Below, in pieces: positions 16,001-28,200 of a stretch of DNA of 64,000 nucleotides (position 1 is the stretch's first letter; each line of letters begins with the position of its first letter). A program made the translations under genes and the position numbers. The notes under the pieces were generated by a model. That model had not been told where the DNA came from. It saw only the letters and a program-made list of their open reading frames with translations, and did no database searches. This DNA comes from Phoronis australis. Lineage: Eukaryota; Animalia; Phoronida. The DNA lies in the NCBI GenBank assembly GCA_002633005.1, contig NMRA01000013.1, positions 1,268,618 through 1,332,617 of the forward strand, given 5' to 3'.

Positions 16001-19000
16001 TAAATGCATTACCCACTAATTTTTGATATAAACGAACACCACGGCGGCATTCAGCTGAAAAAGAACAACCAAGTACGGTTTTTGATTTTTAAAAATCTAT
16101 GAACTAATGATCTAAAAACTACAACCATTGGGTACAATTGAAGATAAACTACCGCGCGTATTGATATACTCGGTGGATATACAAACGCTGATCATAGTTA
16201 ACAATATCACATCGATTCATTTTTAAATATTATTTCAATCTCGTTTAACCAGATTTTTGACCAGGAAACAGTTGCTGTGCCCACTTTTCATTCTTTATTA
16301 CTGACAAAGAGCTAGAATAGTTATATAGTCAGTGCCACCAAAATTATCCAGAGATTCCAAATCTTCAGTTTGGTTATCACCATATTTGCACTTTTTTATA
16401 TATTTTATGATTTGAGTTCTAATAAATATTAAACTTTAATGGCACGTGAAATGCTTAGAGTACCTGTAATGTGGTAAGTTTAGGGATGGACTCACAATGA
16501 ACTTAACTAATTAAGATTAGCTGACGATCAAAATCTACCATTGTTTTGGTACTTCAACTTCAAAACTTAGATAAAAAGTTTTTAACCCATTACCGGTAAG
16601 AATAAAAAATAAGTGGGCAGAAGCATTAAAAATTAAATAAAGAAAATCAATATGAAACTTATCGTTCCTTTGGGAAGTGGCCCTTTGTGAAGATAAACTC
16701 AAGTTAACCTTTTTAGTCATTTTGTAATATTTATAAAGTAACAAGATGAAACTACTTTCCACAAATGTCAGAGAAAACCATGTTGGGGATACTAACAACA
16801 ACCATTGTCACAATAATGCTAGCAATTACCTTTCCACTTCATTACCTCAGATCTACATCAATACAAAGGGTGTGCTGAATAGGCCTAGTAAAAGTTGTTT
16901 GGGGCTTAGGGAATCAGAGGGGTCACCAGTGTAAGCAAGAACTTCTCCACATGCTAATAGGAACACAATCTCCCATTGAGTTCAGTCCTGCTGCTTGGGC
17001 TGATTTGCCACTTATGTAATCCTTTAGGACACCTCATTACCTCATAGCAGTATGTGCTTCTTGATTGTTGGCAGCCCAGCCAGCAGTTGGCAGAGAATGG
17101 GTTGAGACTTGCTCTTCAGTTGACTAATAAATGTTAATGGGGTTTTAGATTGAATTTTCACATGTACTAGGTCTGTCATGAACACATAAATGTATGTTTT
17201 ATGGGAGCAAAGTTTTAGTACACACTGGTGTAATAATATGTTATTCCTTGTCTAGAGTGCACAATATGACAAGTGGAATATTAGTTTGTCCATTTTTTTA
17301 CTGCTTCAACTTAATAACAGAAGTGAAACATCAACTTGTTGCGTTATAATGTGGTGTGGTTGATTAATATCTAAATAAAAATGAAGTGAAAAATGTTTGT
17401 TAACTTATCACCAATCTCACAAAGATACAGAAATGTCACGGAACATCTAATAAAAATCCACGCAACGAATGGGAATAGCATTTTGCTGATTCCATCTGTA
17501 TCAGTAGAATTCAATCAAAATATTGCTGCGTTATAATGACAGTTTCAGAACGTATGGTTAAGAAGGACCTTATTGACCAAATATCTACAAAATTATGTAA
17601 CCATTATATTTTCTGAAAGCAGCAAGCCAGTATCACTTGAATGTTTACTTTTTGCCAATGTGACATTGATTAAGTCACGTGGCCATGTCTTTTAAGTAAT
17701 ATTTAGCAAAGAGAAAAGTATCTTGACTACAAAACGATATCAATAATATGATTAAATTTCATTTGATCAGAGGTAAATGTTAATGACAAAATCTCAAAGA
17801 CACTGCAGTTTTCAAAATTATGATCATTTTGTTTTTCATTTCACGCAAATTTCGACTTTTTTCATGAAAATCATGAAAGTTCTGTTTTTGACATCCCCTC
17901 ATGGAAAAAATAGAACAGTGTGAAAAGTAAATTTGCAAGAGGTAGGTTAGCTGAAAGTTTTCACCAAGCAGAAGGATGTTTTATTCCAAAGAAAGACAAG
18001 GTGAAAGGTCTGCACGAGTTCAGGACAATATCTTTGCCGAATGTTGAAGGAAAGATCTTTCTGGCAATAGTGGTGAGGAGAATGACAGAGTTCACGATGG
18101 CCAACAAGTATATCGACATAGCAGTGCAGAAAGGAGGCATTACAGGAGTCTCGGGATGTATCGAGCATACAAGTGCGGTTACTCAGATCATCAAGGAGGC
18201 TAAGGAAAGGAAAGGGAATCTAGTTGTGCTGTGGCTTGATCTGGCGAATGCTTATGGTTCAATACCACACAAGGTGGTCATGTTTCATGGTAACATTAGA
18301 CTGGTACCATGTACCAGAGGCTGTAAAAGGAAAGAGCAGAGGACCACTCATGGAGTCAGGGGTCAGACAACCACCGAGAAGAGCATTTATGGATGACATA
18401 ACTGTGACATTCAAGTCTTAAGAAGGAAAGTGGGCACTGGAAGACTTAGAGAGGATAACTGCATGGGCACGGATGAAGTTTAAGCCAGCAAAGTCAAGGA
18501 GTTTAGTGCTTAAGGACGGCAAGGTGGCAAATGAGAGATTCAGGCTAGGCGACAACATAATACCAACAGTGGAGGAAAAACCAGTGAAGAGCCTGGGAAA
18601 ATGGTTCGTAAGTACTCTCAAAGATGTTGTCAGCATGGCTGCCATCAAAGGCCAAGTAGAAGACTGGATGGCAGCAGTGGATAAGTGTGGATTGCCAGGC
18701 AAGTTTAAAGCATGGATTTACCAGTACGGAGTGCTACCTAGGGCACTGCGGCCATTATTGGTGTACAATGTTCCAACATCAACAGCAGAGGCAGTGGAGC
18801 GTCTAGTGAGCTCCTTTCTACGTAGGTGGTTGGGTGTACCAAGGAGTTTTAGCAGTGTAGGATTATACAGCACTGGGTCCAACCTGCAGTTACCCATCAC
18901 ATCGCTGGTGGAGGAGTTTAAAGTCGGGAAGGTGCGTCAAGTGTTAACTCTGAGGGACAGCGCCGACGAGAAAGTGTGAGGAGCCAGAGTCAGGGTCGAA

Positions 19001-22000
19001 GTAGGAAGAAAGTGGCTAGCGTCACACGTAGTAAAGCAGGCAGAGGAAAGACTCAGGCACGATGATAAAGTAGGCACAGTTGCAGTGGGCAGACAAGGAC
19101 TTGGTTTGTTTCCACAGGCACGTTGGGGAGAAGCGAGTCCAAAGGAGAGACGTAGCTTGGTACAGCAGCAAGTGAGAAGCATGGAAGAAGAAACAAGAAG
19201 AGCCAGAGCAGCAAGCATGAAGCAGCAAGGCAGTTGGCTGAATTGGCAGGGAGCTAGACAAAGGAGTTTGAAGTGGCAAGAGATCTGGACAAAGCAGGAG
19301 AGCAGATTGAGGTTTTTGCTGAGGTCATTGTATGATGTTTTACCCAGCCCAACCAATTTACGTGTGTGGGGGTTGGTGGAAGATCTGACTTGTGTATTGT
19401 GTAAGAAGCCAGCAAACCTGGAACACATGCTGTCATCATGCTCATCAGCGTTATCAGACGGACGATATACTTGGAGACATGACCAGGTGCTGGAGGTGAT
19501 CGCAGAGAGCCTCGAGAGGGAACGCAAGAAGGAGCGGAAAGTGCTGAAGGAGCCACAGTTTGTTAATTTTGTGCTGGCATGTACGTCAACTCGAGGACAT
19601 ACAGGAGGAGGAGGTGTACTGAACACGGCGAAAGACTGGAAAATGAACTTCGATCTGTACCAAATGATGACCTTCCCAAGTGAGATAGCAGAGACAAGTT
19701 TGAAATCAGACATCGTGATGTGGTCACCGGCAACGATATTGCTGGAGCTGACAGTGCCATGGAAAGAGCGGATAGAAGCACATGAAAAGAATAAAGAGAA
19801 ATATCAACAGTTGTGCGAGGAATGTCGTAGTAGGGGGTGGAGAGTATGGTACTGGCCAGTTGAAGTTGGGTGCAACGGATTCGTTGGGCAGTCAGTATGG
19901 AGGGCATTCCGTGCATTAGGGGTGACAGGAAAGGAAAGGAAGAAGGCCATCAGTGATATAAGAGAGCGAGCGGAGAGGGCGTCACAGTGGATAAGGAAGA
20001 AGAAGAACGAACAGTGGTGCAACAAGGCTAGAGGAAGTAGGCAGCCTCCTGATGCTGCATCAATGAAGTACTAGAAGAGACGAGACAAGCCATACAGTAA
20101 TGGACCGAGTCTGATCAACTCGGTTGGCGCAGCTCCAGAGGTCGTTGTGGACAGCGTCGAAACGGCTGAGGATGGAGACTATCTAGCTGAACACAGGACT
20201 GGCGCCAATGACATCAGAGCGTTTAAAGGTAATTGCAACAGCGTCTTGGAGAACAGTACACAAAGTATAGTATTTGAAAGTTTCATATGAATCCAAAGTG
20301 ACATTTCTGAGATATGATGTTTCGAAGTTAGCCAAATTTGAAAATTCTCTAGGGTACTATATACAGTAACTTTAACCCCACCCTAAATCAGAGGCACCTG
20401 GCGCATGGATGTGCAGCCAGTAATAGATGGAACTCTCAATTGTGCCTCTTATGCAGTCAAATACAACTATTCTAAAATTGATTAATGAGAAACTCAATTG
20501 CTATGATTCCACAAAAAACATTGCCTCCTTCTACTGCAAAAACAGTATCTCCCTGACAGAAAAAAACGTTTCTTATTCGTCGTTGTCACAAAGTGGAAAG
20601 TTTGAGCAGGATGATCTTGATTCGCACCTGTCACTGAACTCGTCCAAATGGTAAGTCACACCAACCCATTTTAGCAGGCTTTCAAAGATTTGCTTCAAAC
20701 TGACGAGGGTTAAAGAATATTTTTTGTGTCAAAAATAAGTGGTAACAGTGAATATCGTTCTGTTAACTGGTTAATACAGGGTTCATGGCTGTGCCTCTAA
20801 ATTCTAAGTATAGATTACAGGTGCGGTCAAAGAATTTGGTTTCCAGGAATGGAGTTTTGATCAGGAATACGAAGCATTTTTGCAGAGGAGGTAAGATGTG
20901 CAGTTCTGGGTATCTGTACTACAGATTTTTGGTGTTTGCTGGTCCAAGTTTAGGGGGTTGTAGATAGAATTTAGAGGCACAATTATGGAATTGTTTCTAC
21001 CCATTCTGGCTTGGACTATTTTTGAGCTTTGATGCTCACCCATATTTGAATTCTGTTCCCATTTCTTGGCACATGTCTTCACACTTTTTAATGAGCACTT
21101 CATTTTTGGCCTTCTCTAATGCCAGTTCATCCTTCAGTCTTTGTGCTGATGAAGTCTTTTTCAGTGTCTGCAGTTCTTCACCTAGAAACAATCATCAAGA
21201 TAATTCAACTAATATCCTGTTTAGCACACAATTCTCATGTATTGTGATAGTAATGCCAGTTTTTGTTCAAGATGGTAGTTATCTTATGTCCTCCCAACCT
21301 GTATTCAAAGATGGATTGAGAACAATGATTAAAAATCAAATAAGTTATATAAGATTAAGCTGCTGAAAACATGACAGAAATAGCAAGTATGGCACAGTAG
21401 TGATACCAAGCTTTCTATACTAGTTGGTAAATCATCCAGAAGTCATCATCCCCAGTTGCAAACTACAGCTTCTGTAGTGAAAGTGGATGAGAGTCATTTC
21501 AATTCCCTTGGATGAATGGACTGACAGTTCACTGTACAGGTTACATCACAGTCGTAGCAAATACTCATTAGTAGAGCTGCAATAGGACCATCCTGTATTA
21601 CTTAGCTACACTTGAATCTCGCTGTATTTACCCATATCCATCGGGCACATCTGCTGTCTCCTTTTTGTGCCAATGGAGTTTCAGGTTATTTGTTGTTGTC
21701 TGATAATTTACAAGTTTTTTCGGTTAATCTATTCATCTTTCCAATGCCAACAAAGTATTACTGCTCTCCTGTGGGCTGCAACTGAGAAAGTTTGATAAAT
21801 TGGACAAATACCCGTGAAATTCTTTTGCCTTCCCAGCGTCAACAAGATACATGAAAATGTGTCTGATTTCCAAAACGAGGTCACGCACTTTCGTATTTCC
21901 GGAACAAATGAAATGTCTACCGCTGTGTGATCCAGGATGGCCCTAGTAGGGTGATGCTGTTTAAGAGCCCATCAGTTGCTAAAAGATACATCCCCATGGC

Positions 22001-23114
22001 AGCAGCAGCCAGGGACGAGACCCATGACTTTTCAGTTGAGTGTCCACCACAATCACCACTAAGACACTATTAATCTCACTGTGCATATCATTGTTATTAG
22101 TTCGTGCCAACAACTCACTAAGACTTTGATTTTCAATCATTGTCGCCACCAACTGTTCCTGGAGCTGGGTCAGCTGCATCTCGTAAATCTCTTGGTCAGT
22201 GCTTAGTACCACCGCAGTCATCTTTGACACCTTCCTGTCTCTCTCGTCACTGGACGAAGGCTTCGGCTGAGATGAAGGCGAGGGCGCATTTTCATGGCTA
22301 CCCCCATCTTTCTGAAACCACAAACACACAAGCAGAGCTGAGTAATAGCCACTCCGGAGATTGCATTTAAGCCCATATGGTAACATGCCGCATGTACTCT
22401 TATTTTGACCAAAAAGTCGACAAATGGGTGATTAGGTTAGATATGGCGAGATTTCTGCCAGATCCAAGACACAACCTAGTTTTAAAAAAAAACAAAAATT
22501 AAGGCAATAAAACAATGTAATTTATCAAAAAAAAAACTAACTTTGAACTGAACTTTCAAAAGTTAGAGAAAAAACTAGGCAATTTAGTTAGCCCTGTCCA
22601 ACTGTTGTAAGAGCAGACATCTGTTCTAGTGATGTCTCTAACTAGAACCTAAGAACCAGAAAGTGTATCTGAAAGCTCCACAAGAAACCAATAAACTATT
22701 CCTGGGATTTTATATTCCAAAGTTAGCAAAATTTGGATGTTTTTCTGTGGTCCATCCAACATAACTTAAGTCAACCGGAAAAATTCCAGGCAGCTCCATG
22801 CAAGAAAACACTTGCAAAATTTTATGTAAAATACCATTCAACACTGGATAACAAGTGCAAATAGAACAAATAAAAATGTTTGATAAACACACTTTTTCCA
22901 TTTCCTCAAGACTGGCTTCTATACTTCTCAGGGCTTCCTCTTCAGGATCACTTAACATACTGGAATTTTCAAGTGAGTTCGACCGGCTGTCCTTCAGACT
23001 CTGCGTAATTTCCGGTTCGGAGCCGTCCTGGAACTTGGCACGCACTACGTTAGGCGCCGGGTCTTCGCTAAAATGCTTGAGTGACTTGCTCAAGCGGTTC
23101 CGCAGAAAGCTCAT
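1087..23114 (-). CDS. GRAMD4: GRAM domain-containing protein 4-like, multi-exon, 3' end not traced (probably beyond the left edge)
   Basis: Phase-compatible GT-AG exons: 23114-22893 (MSFLRNRLSK..EEMEK), 22311-22119 (..EIYEMQLTQLQEQLVATMIENQSL), 21181-21040, 15659-15508, 14426-14265 (..PLTVKMLRKNVNRF), 12762-12671 (DGIKPLLGTFKGIHGVLSWNNPS..), 11085-10994 (AYMYFVWCGWFLPFVLFLLIVRLFANYL), 10642-10591, 9428-9354 (..FTIVLQVTRKVQ), 8818-8775 (NILGDLADRLEKIN), 7805-7696 (LLTWEQP..), 6126-5972 (GLYLGVKLFLIDNLYNRFPRLRRKYD), 4665-4530 (..FCDKFELPHAEAPL), 1177-1087 (GWSRGKKCLMLNKD..GLLYLT, GRAM domain start). The order coiled-coil, TM segments, GRAM and the motifs match my recollection of vertebrate GRAMD4. 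Confidence 0.88.
2377..3887 (-). mobile_element. Non-autonomous THAP-bearing DNA transposon, ISL2EU / PIF-Harbinger-related
   Basis: Perfect inverted match aatagcggatttgcagcg (2374-2391) / cgctgcaaatccgctatt (3873-3890). It parses as AG..CT termini with a 2-bp AT target duplication. The element contains a THAP N-terminus but no DDE transposase ORF. Confidence 0.75.
3548..3781 (-). pseudogene. Truncated THAP zinc-finger ORF inside the transposon
   Basis: MSAKKTYSGYTCCVPGCFKNNKRDKNLSLYVFHANQELREKWINNIRR shows the THAP CxxxxC..F..W pattern. The second Cys/His pair (CxxHF) is missing. Confidence 0.7.
7404..7510 (+). mobile_element. tRNA-derived SINE head (degenerate)
   Basis: Pol III A-box-like TGGTCTAGTGG and B-box-like GGTTTAAATCC at tRNA-like spacing, without a clean cloverleaf. 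Confidence 0.5.
10334..10570. mobile_element. MITE with CAG(T/A)GGCGGATCT-type termini (hAT-like)
   Basis: Inverted termini cagaggcggatctac / gtagatctgccactg with G-run/C-run subterminal arms. A related copy lies at 39336-39502. Confidence 0.65.
17920..20249 (+). mobile_element. 5'-truncated, decayed non-LTR retrotransposon with C-terminal restriction-like endonuclease (Hero-like, R2/NeSL/R4 group)
   Basis: RT motifs FRTISLPNVEGK, QKGG, WLDLANAYGSIPH and AFMDD; CCHC knuckle CVLC..HMLSSC; RYTWRHDQVL; endonuclease region SDIV..ELTVPW..KY..PVEVG. There is an internal deletion/frameshift near 18280 and in-frame stops at 18419-18421 and 18977-18979. The 8-bp direct repeat agaacagt flanks it (17912-17919, 20250-20257). 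Confidence 0.9.
19085..20074 (+). pseudogene. C-terminal zinc knuckle + restriction-like endonuclease part of the retrotransposon ORF
   Basis: 329-aa open stretch in the same frame as 18224-18979, separated from it by nonsense codons. Confidence 0.85.
21582..21948 (+). mobile_element. Short non-autonomous element with decayed THAP N-terminus
   Basis: Imperfect inverted termini (ataggaccatcctg / caggatggccctag) and an internal atgccaacaaagtattactgc (MPTKYYC). Homologous to 55146-55550 in the opposite orientation. Confidence 0.65.
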
Positions 23115-23217
23115 CTTTTCAATGGTGTTCACTTCTTCTGAATAACTGGTCACGGAAAACTAAAATTTTTCATCTTCACATCATCTCTGCAAACCTGGAA
23201 CAGGTCAATATATACGA

Positions 23218-23425
23218 GGGGTCTGTTACATGAAAAAGTGATGAAAGACTTAACACAAAAATTTGGTCTTAAGCTACCACGTCACAATTACCAAATCTGG
23301 ACTAGTGAATATAAACACACCATTACCTGCTAATTATGTTTCAGCAATAGTTATGTGGAGCGTAGGACCAAATTTCTGTCTTTGAAGACTTTAAAGTCAA
23401 GTCACTCGTCATGAGAACAGACCCC
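23218..23425. mobile_element. Palindromic MITE
   Basis: ggggtctgttacatga / tcatgagaacagacccc termini and further paired arms (aaatttggtcttaagctaccac / gtggagcgtaggaccaaattt). Confidence 0.65.
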
Positions 23426-23962
23426 AAGGGGTCAATTTATCCAGTCTTAGCTAAGGCAGTTTAATGTTGATTTAAATTTGCACACAGCTCATTATTTTTG
23501 TGGCAATCGCCAAGTCAGAATATTTGAAAATGATCAACTTTATCATCAATTACGTTTCACTGTCACAAAAATGTAACATCACAATTGCAATAACATGCCT
23601 TAACGACCGTCGAAGCTATGACCACACTTAAAACAGGCCTCAGAACTGTTGTTTGGTAAAATATTGTTAGTCAAGCACAAATCACTGTGAACGGTGACCA
23701 TACAATGCTAGATAACAATTCAAATTTGAATGTATCTTTGCAACAGGGCCGTCCCGGATTACATCGCAAAACTATATTTACCCACAATGCCATGACATGT
23801 CAGGTGTTTTTGTTGCCTCGGCATTTCAGTGTCGATGGAGTTCGACGTGTTCTTTGTTTTATTCTTTATAAGTTTTTCTAGGCTGACCTATTCTATTCAT
23901 CCTTCCAAAGCTAGCAAAGAATTATTCCTGTGCTGGGGGTTGCCAATATTGGATATAAACTT

Positions 23963-24062
23963 GACCAATACCCATAGATACATGATGTTAAGTTCAACAA
24001 ATACCCATACATACATGATGTTAAGTTCGACAAATACCCATAGATATATGATGTTAAGTTCG
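23963..24062. repeat. 33-bp tandem repeat, 3 copies
   Basis: aatacccatagatacatgatgttaagttc unit repeated three times. Confidence 0.9.
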
Positions 24063-27000
24063 TCCTCTTCCTCAAATCAATCAAAGACAAGCAAATGTGA
24101 AGCAAATGGATAAAGCTAGTTCCTTGTATTAATTTTGACCTGAACAGAACCCCCTTTCTTGATATCTTTCAATTCTGATAATTTTAACTGGTAGAGATCA
24201 GGACTATTTCCACGGCAATACACCTCAACATGACTTGTGAAAATTCCAAAACTAGGTCTATTGAAACAACACGCCTTCTGACCTATAAGAAAAAGGAGAG
24301 TTCCATCGCAGTTTAATGTGGATGGGTCTGCAGTAATAAGACTAGAGGTCAAACTGCATTAAGCGCCAAGCTCTTATAATGACAGAAACAAGCTTATGTA
24401 CCCAGCTACCTTAATAAGGGTAGATTTAAAATAGACTTTAAGTTGGCACTGTTTTGAAAATGATATAGTATATAAGAATAACATGTCGTTACCAGTAATA
24501 AAATAGTAAAAAATAGGTGATCAAACAAGGAGAAAGTACCCCCGATATACTAAAACAGCCTGATGTTTTGTCACTGTCCTTATGAACTTCTTCAATGACA
24601 AGTATGTGCAAACGCCAGAATACCGCAAGAAAAAACAATTCATGAACCAAAAAAGAAATTGAGCCACAGGTCCACAGTTCATCGGGGCAATGGGTCACAA
24701 ATCTGACATCACAATTAAGGCTATATCCATGGGTTTGATAATTGATAAATGTATTTCACGATGAGGGCACATTTCGGGAGATCCCCAGTAGTATTTTGGA
24801 ACTACGGTACCGTATGCATTTCTTCGTATTTTTGGCAAAGCCAATTCTCACATTTCACCTGGACACACACTTCCATTTAAATGGGCCTTTGCATGATACG
24901 AGAACTACAAGACCAGTGTGTATCAATGTTATGATGGAACCGACACAATAAGATGACACCACTCACAGATATAGAAAAAAAAAACATAAACATAGCAGTG
25001 TTGCTGACATTGTGTGTACATCTGCGTGGCTAAAGCACAAATGCCTAAGTCTCCTGTTCAAAGACCATTCTCCAAAAAGTTCAGCAGAGTCCCCAAAGAC
25101 AACATATGTGCAACTCACCTGCCAAATGTATACAATGTAATAAGTGTAGAATTCAGAGATGAAATAAACAAGCACTCGACTTCTATGGATACAAGCTGTA
25201 TGGCAAATAGTTGGACTGGAACTCATCATTTTTTTCAACTGGTATTTGATAAACGGCAAACTAATGGTTGATGGAAGCCTAACTTTTTCACTGTAGTCAA
25301 AACCAAATGCTGCCACTTGAACAGGTACTTCAGCTAAGATCTCAAAATGATTGAACGAGATAAGTTAGTACATTCCACACTTCAAGAGGATCCACAGCAA
25401 TGCTTCAGTTTTAACAGACATTTTCACTGGATATTTATTTATAAGTTGAATTTGTGGATTTGCATGACTGAGGCTAGTGCAACAATTTCCGGACCCTAAG
25501 AAATTGAAAAGAACCCCAAAACTTTTGGACGGTGGAGCACAAAACACCCGTGTTTGGTAATGCATGGCAAACATTGCAAAAACTCAGTACATCCTGCTCC
25601 AAAGCCATTTTGTGGAAAAATGGTAAGTATCATACCAACCATTTTTTATCTATTCTCTATTAAGAACACAATCTGTGGAGAAAAAGACAGTCCGTGTAAG
25701 TTTCAGTTTCTTAGTGTGTGAGGCACTCAAACCTTTTATAACAGTAAGACTGTTACTTTTTGGATAAAAACACAGAGTAATCTTACCAGAAGAAAACACT
25801 TTAAGATATGAAGTGCATTGGAGTGGTTTCACAGTAAAAAGTCAAGTCCTACACTTGTCATGCCCATATTCACTACTGATCACAAAATAGTAAACCCTCA
25901 TTCAAAGCACTAGTGCACACAATTCAAAGTAACAAAATAACAACTTTAAGTTTAAAACAGAACTGCATGTTTGGAGAGTTGTGAAAGCCATCCAATTTGC
26001 TCGACGCATAAAACTGACTTTGGATCACATCTTTTGGTTGAGGCCCTAAATTCCTCAGTTGGTGCCTTGACACACTCCCAATGAAATCCTTTTTAAAAGG
26101 GAAAGCAAACATTTTGATGTAATTTTCAGGAAATCAGAGGCACCAGGTTATCTTGGAGATACAATGTTAATCAGTGTTCCCTTAAAGTGAATCCACTATC
26201 CATGGAAAAAAGCTCCCACATATACATGTGTCTTGGGTTTGTAATTTGACGCACGCAGGTCTCCCTGCACATGCATGCACATACATGCAAAATAATACAT
26301 TTCTTTTGCAAGATTTTTCTACTCAAATGTCCCGCATGTAGACGCACTTAGGAACAGCTCCACAATTAGGTGCATGTGCTCAATTGCGAGGTTTTACAAA
26401 AAACAAAACAAAACAAAACATTTTCTCAGATGCCCTCTTGATCGCGCACATTTTCCAGGATGCAAAATGAAATATTGATTCATGATGTTAACCTCGTACT
26501 TGTGTAGTTCTTGAATAGCTGACTGTTATTATTGTCTCATGCAAATTTGCATACTTATATGGAAGCACGTCTTTTTAATGAAACATTCCACCATTGTAGA
26601 TAATATTCCACCGACACAACTAACATTGTTGAAACAATTTTGGCCGTTGTGACAATTTGGGCATGTACCATATACGGTAGTGCTGTCCTTTAAATTGTCA
26701 CACTCAAAATTTGTGACAATTTAGGCCTGGATATTTCCGCATATATATGGGTATATTCCCTACATTTGTAGGCAAACATTTAGGCAACATGTAACCCCCC
26801 AGCAGGCTATTTGGGGGCTACAATACTCCCCATTGGTTTCCATATTAATCTCATCCAAGTAATTTAAACGGGAGGTAGTCCGTACCTGGTCACCGCATTA
26901 GAGGTTTTCAGCTTGTCAAAAATGTTTTACACTTAAAAACATCATCTAAAAAGTGCTAACTGTCTTCTGCCATTCTTTCTGCTTCTCATACATATCATTG

Positions 27001-28108
27001 ATGAAGCATGTCTACAGCAACTAAGATGACTTGGCGAAGAATTCCAACTCCACTTTCTTGGTCGTCGTTAACTTTTTCAATTGGCGTCACACGAGTTAGA
27101 CAAAAACAACCGTGAAACAGAGCAAAGGCCGCATGACCTGGGCCGTGACACTTGTAAAAAGTATCATGGAAAAATATTAGGTGGAATTTGCAAGATCATG
27201 TGTCCTTCATTACGGCGTTTTCCTGTTGCTCCCACCTTGTTCGATTCTATAGCCCAACAACAAGCTGTAGCCAATATCTTACACGACTGGTTAACTCCAT
27301 TCTGGCATTTATGGTTGGAGGGCCAGCTTTCTTTTGTTCGATAATTGCTCGAATCTCCGATCAGATCGTATCTAGCCTGACTGGGCTGTGCTACTAAAAA
27401 TGAAACTTAAGTTATATCATATTTGAACATAAACCAATAGCATTTCAAATGCTGATCATGTTTAGTTTTTGAATCACCAAAATCGCCCAACTACAACAGA
27501 AGTTAAGACAATCCATTCTGCCAGGTTTCAGTAATCAACCCTTTGAAGCCTGGGAGATAATTGGCCTGCTTGTTGTCGTGCGGGACAAGACTGTGCTGGG
27601 CAGTTAACAAAGGCGCCAGATTTTATCGCACATTCAGAACCTCTCACCTCGCGTCTGGAAAAGTTGCTGAACGACAGAACGCCGTCGTGTTTGGCTTTTT
27701 ACTTTTTGTTCATCAACAGATTTGATAACGCATAACTACCTCAAAATGGCACCCAGTGAAGGAAGCTCAAGCGAACCGTGACAGAGGCATTCAGGGCGAT
27801 GTAATTGGCTAATGATGTTCATATTGTGGTTGACTAAATTGTCTCCACAATCATGGTATATGTGTTAATTATGACTCAGCCGCAGCTATGGCTAACAATA
27901 AGTAGCCAGTAGGGTTCGGCCCCGGCTGTTGACAAGTCAAGCGACGGACAAGTCACAAAAGTGTCGAGTCAGCGGGATTTTTCTACCCTTCCCGGGTATC
28001 GTTCACTATTCGTGCTTAGAAAACACAGCTAATAAGTAACTGAAAAGGTAGTCTGGTTCCTTTGTACTCTCGTATGTCTGCACCTTTATCGCTAAACAGA
28101 ATACTTAC

Positions 28109-28200
28109 CACTCCATCGAAAATTTGTGTGCATTTTGTGAAGCAGTCGATGACAGGAAATGGGTTACAAATACAACAGAGTCCTCTTCAGGCGCGTAGCG
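28109..28200 (-). other. Candidate non-coding first exon / promoter region of the GRAMD4-like gene
   Basis: Strong donor (G|GTAAGTAT on minus, intron starting 28108) beside a locally GC/CpG-rich stretch at ~28180-28400. The ATG exon has an upstream acceptor near 23195 and an in-frame stop upstream of the ATG. Upstream boundary unknown. Confidence 0.35.

Noticed and set aside
16829-16853. AG..GT-bounded micro-exon candidate in the GRAMD4-like gene
   Set aside because: About 23 nt and frame-breaking; 21040 splices in phase directly to 15659.
18937-19713. 258-aa minus-strand ORF
   Set aside because: Antisense shadow of the retrotransposon ORF with no recognisable motif.
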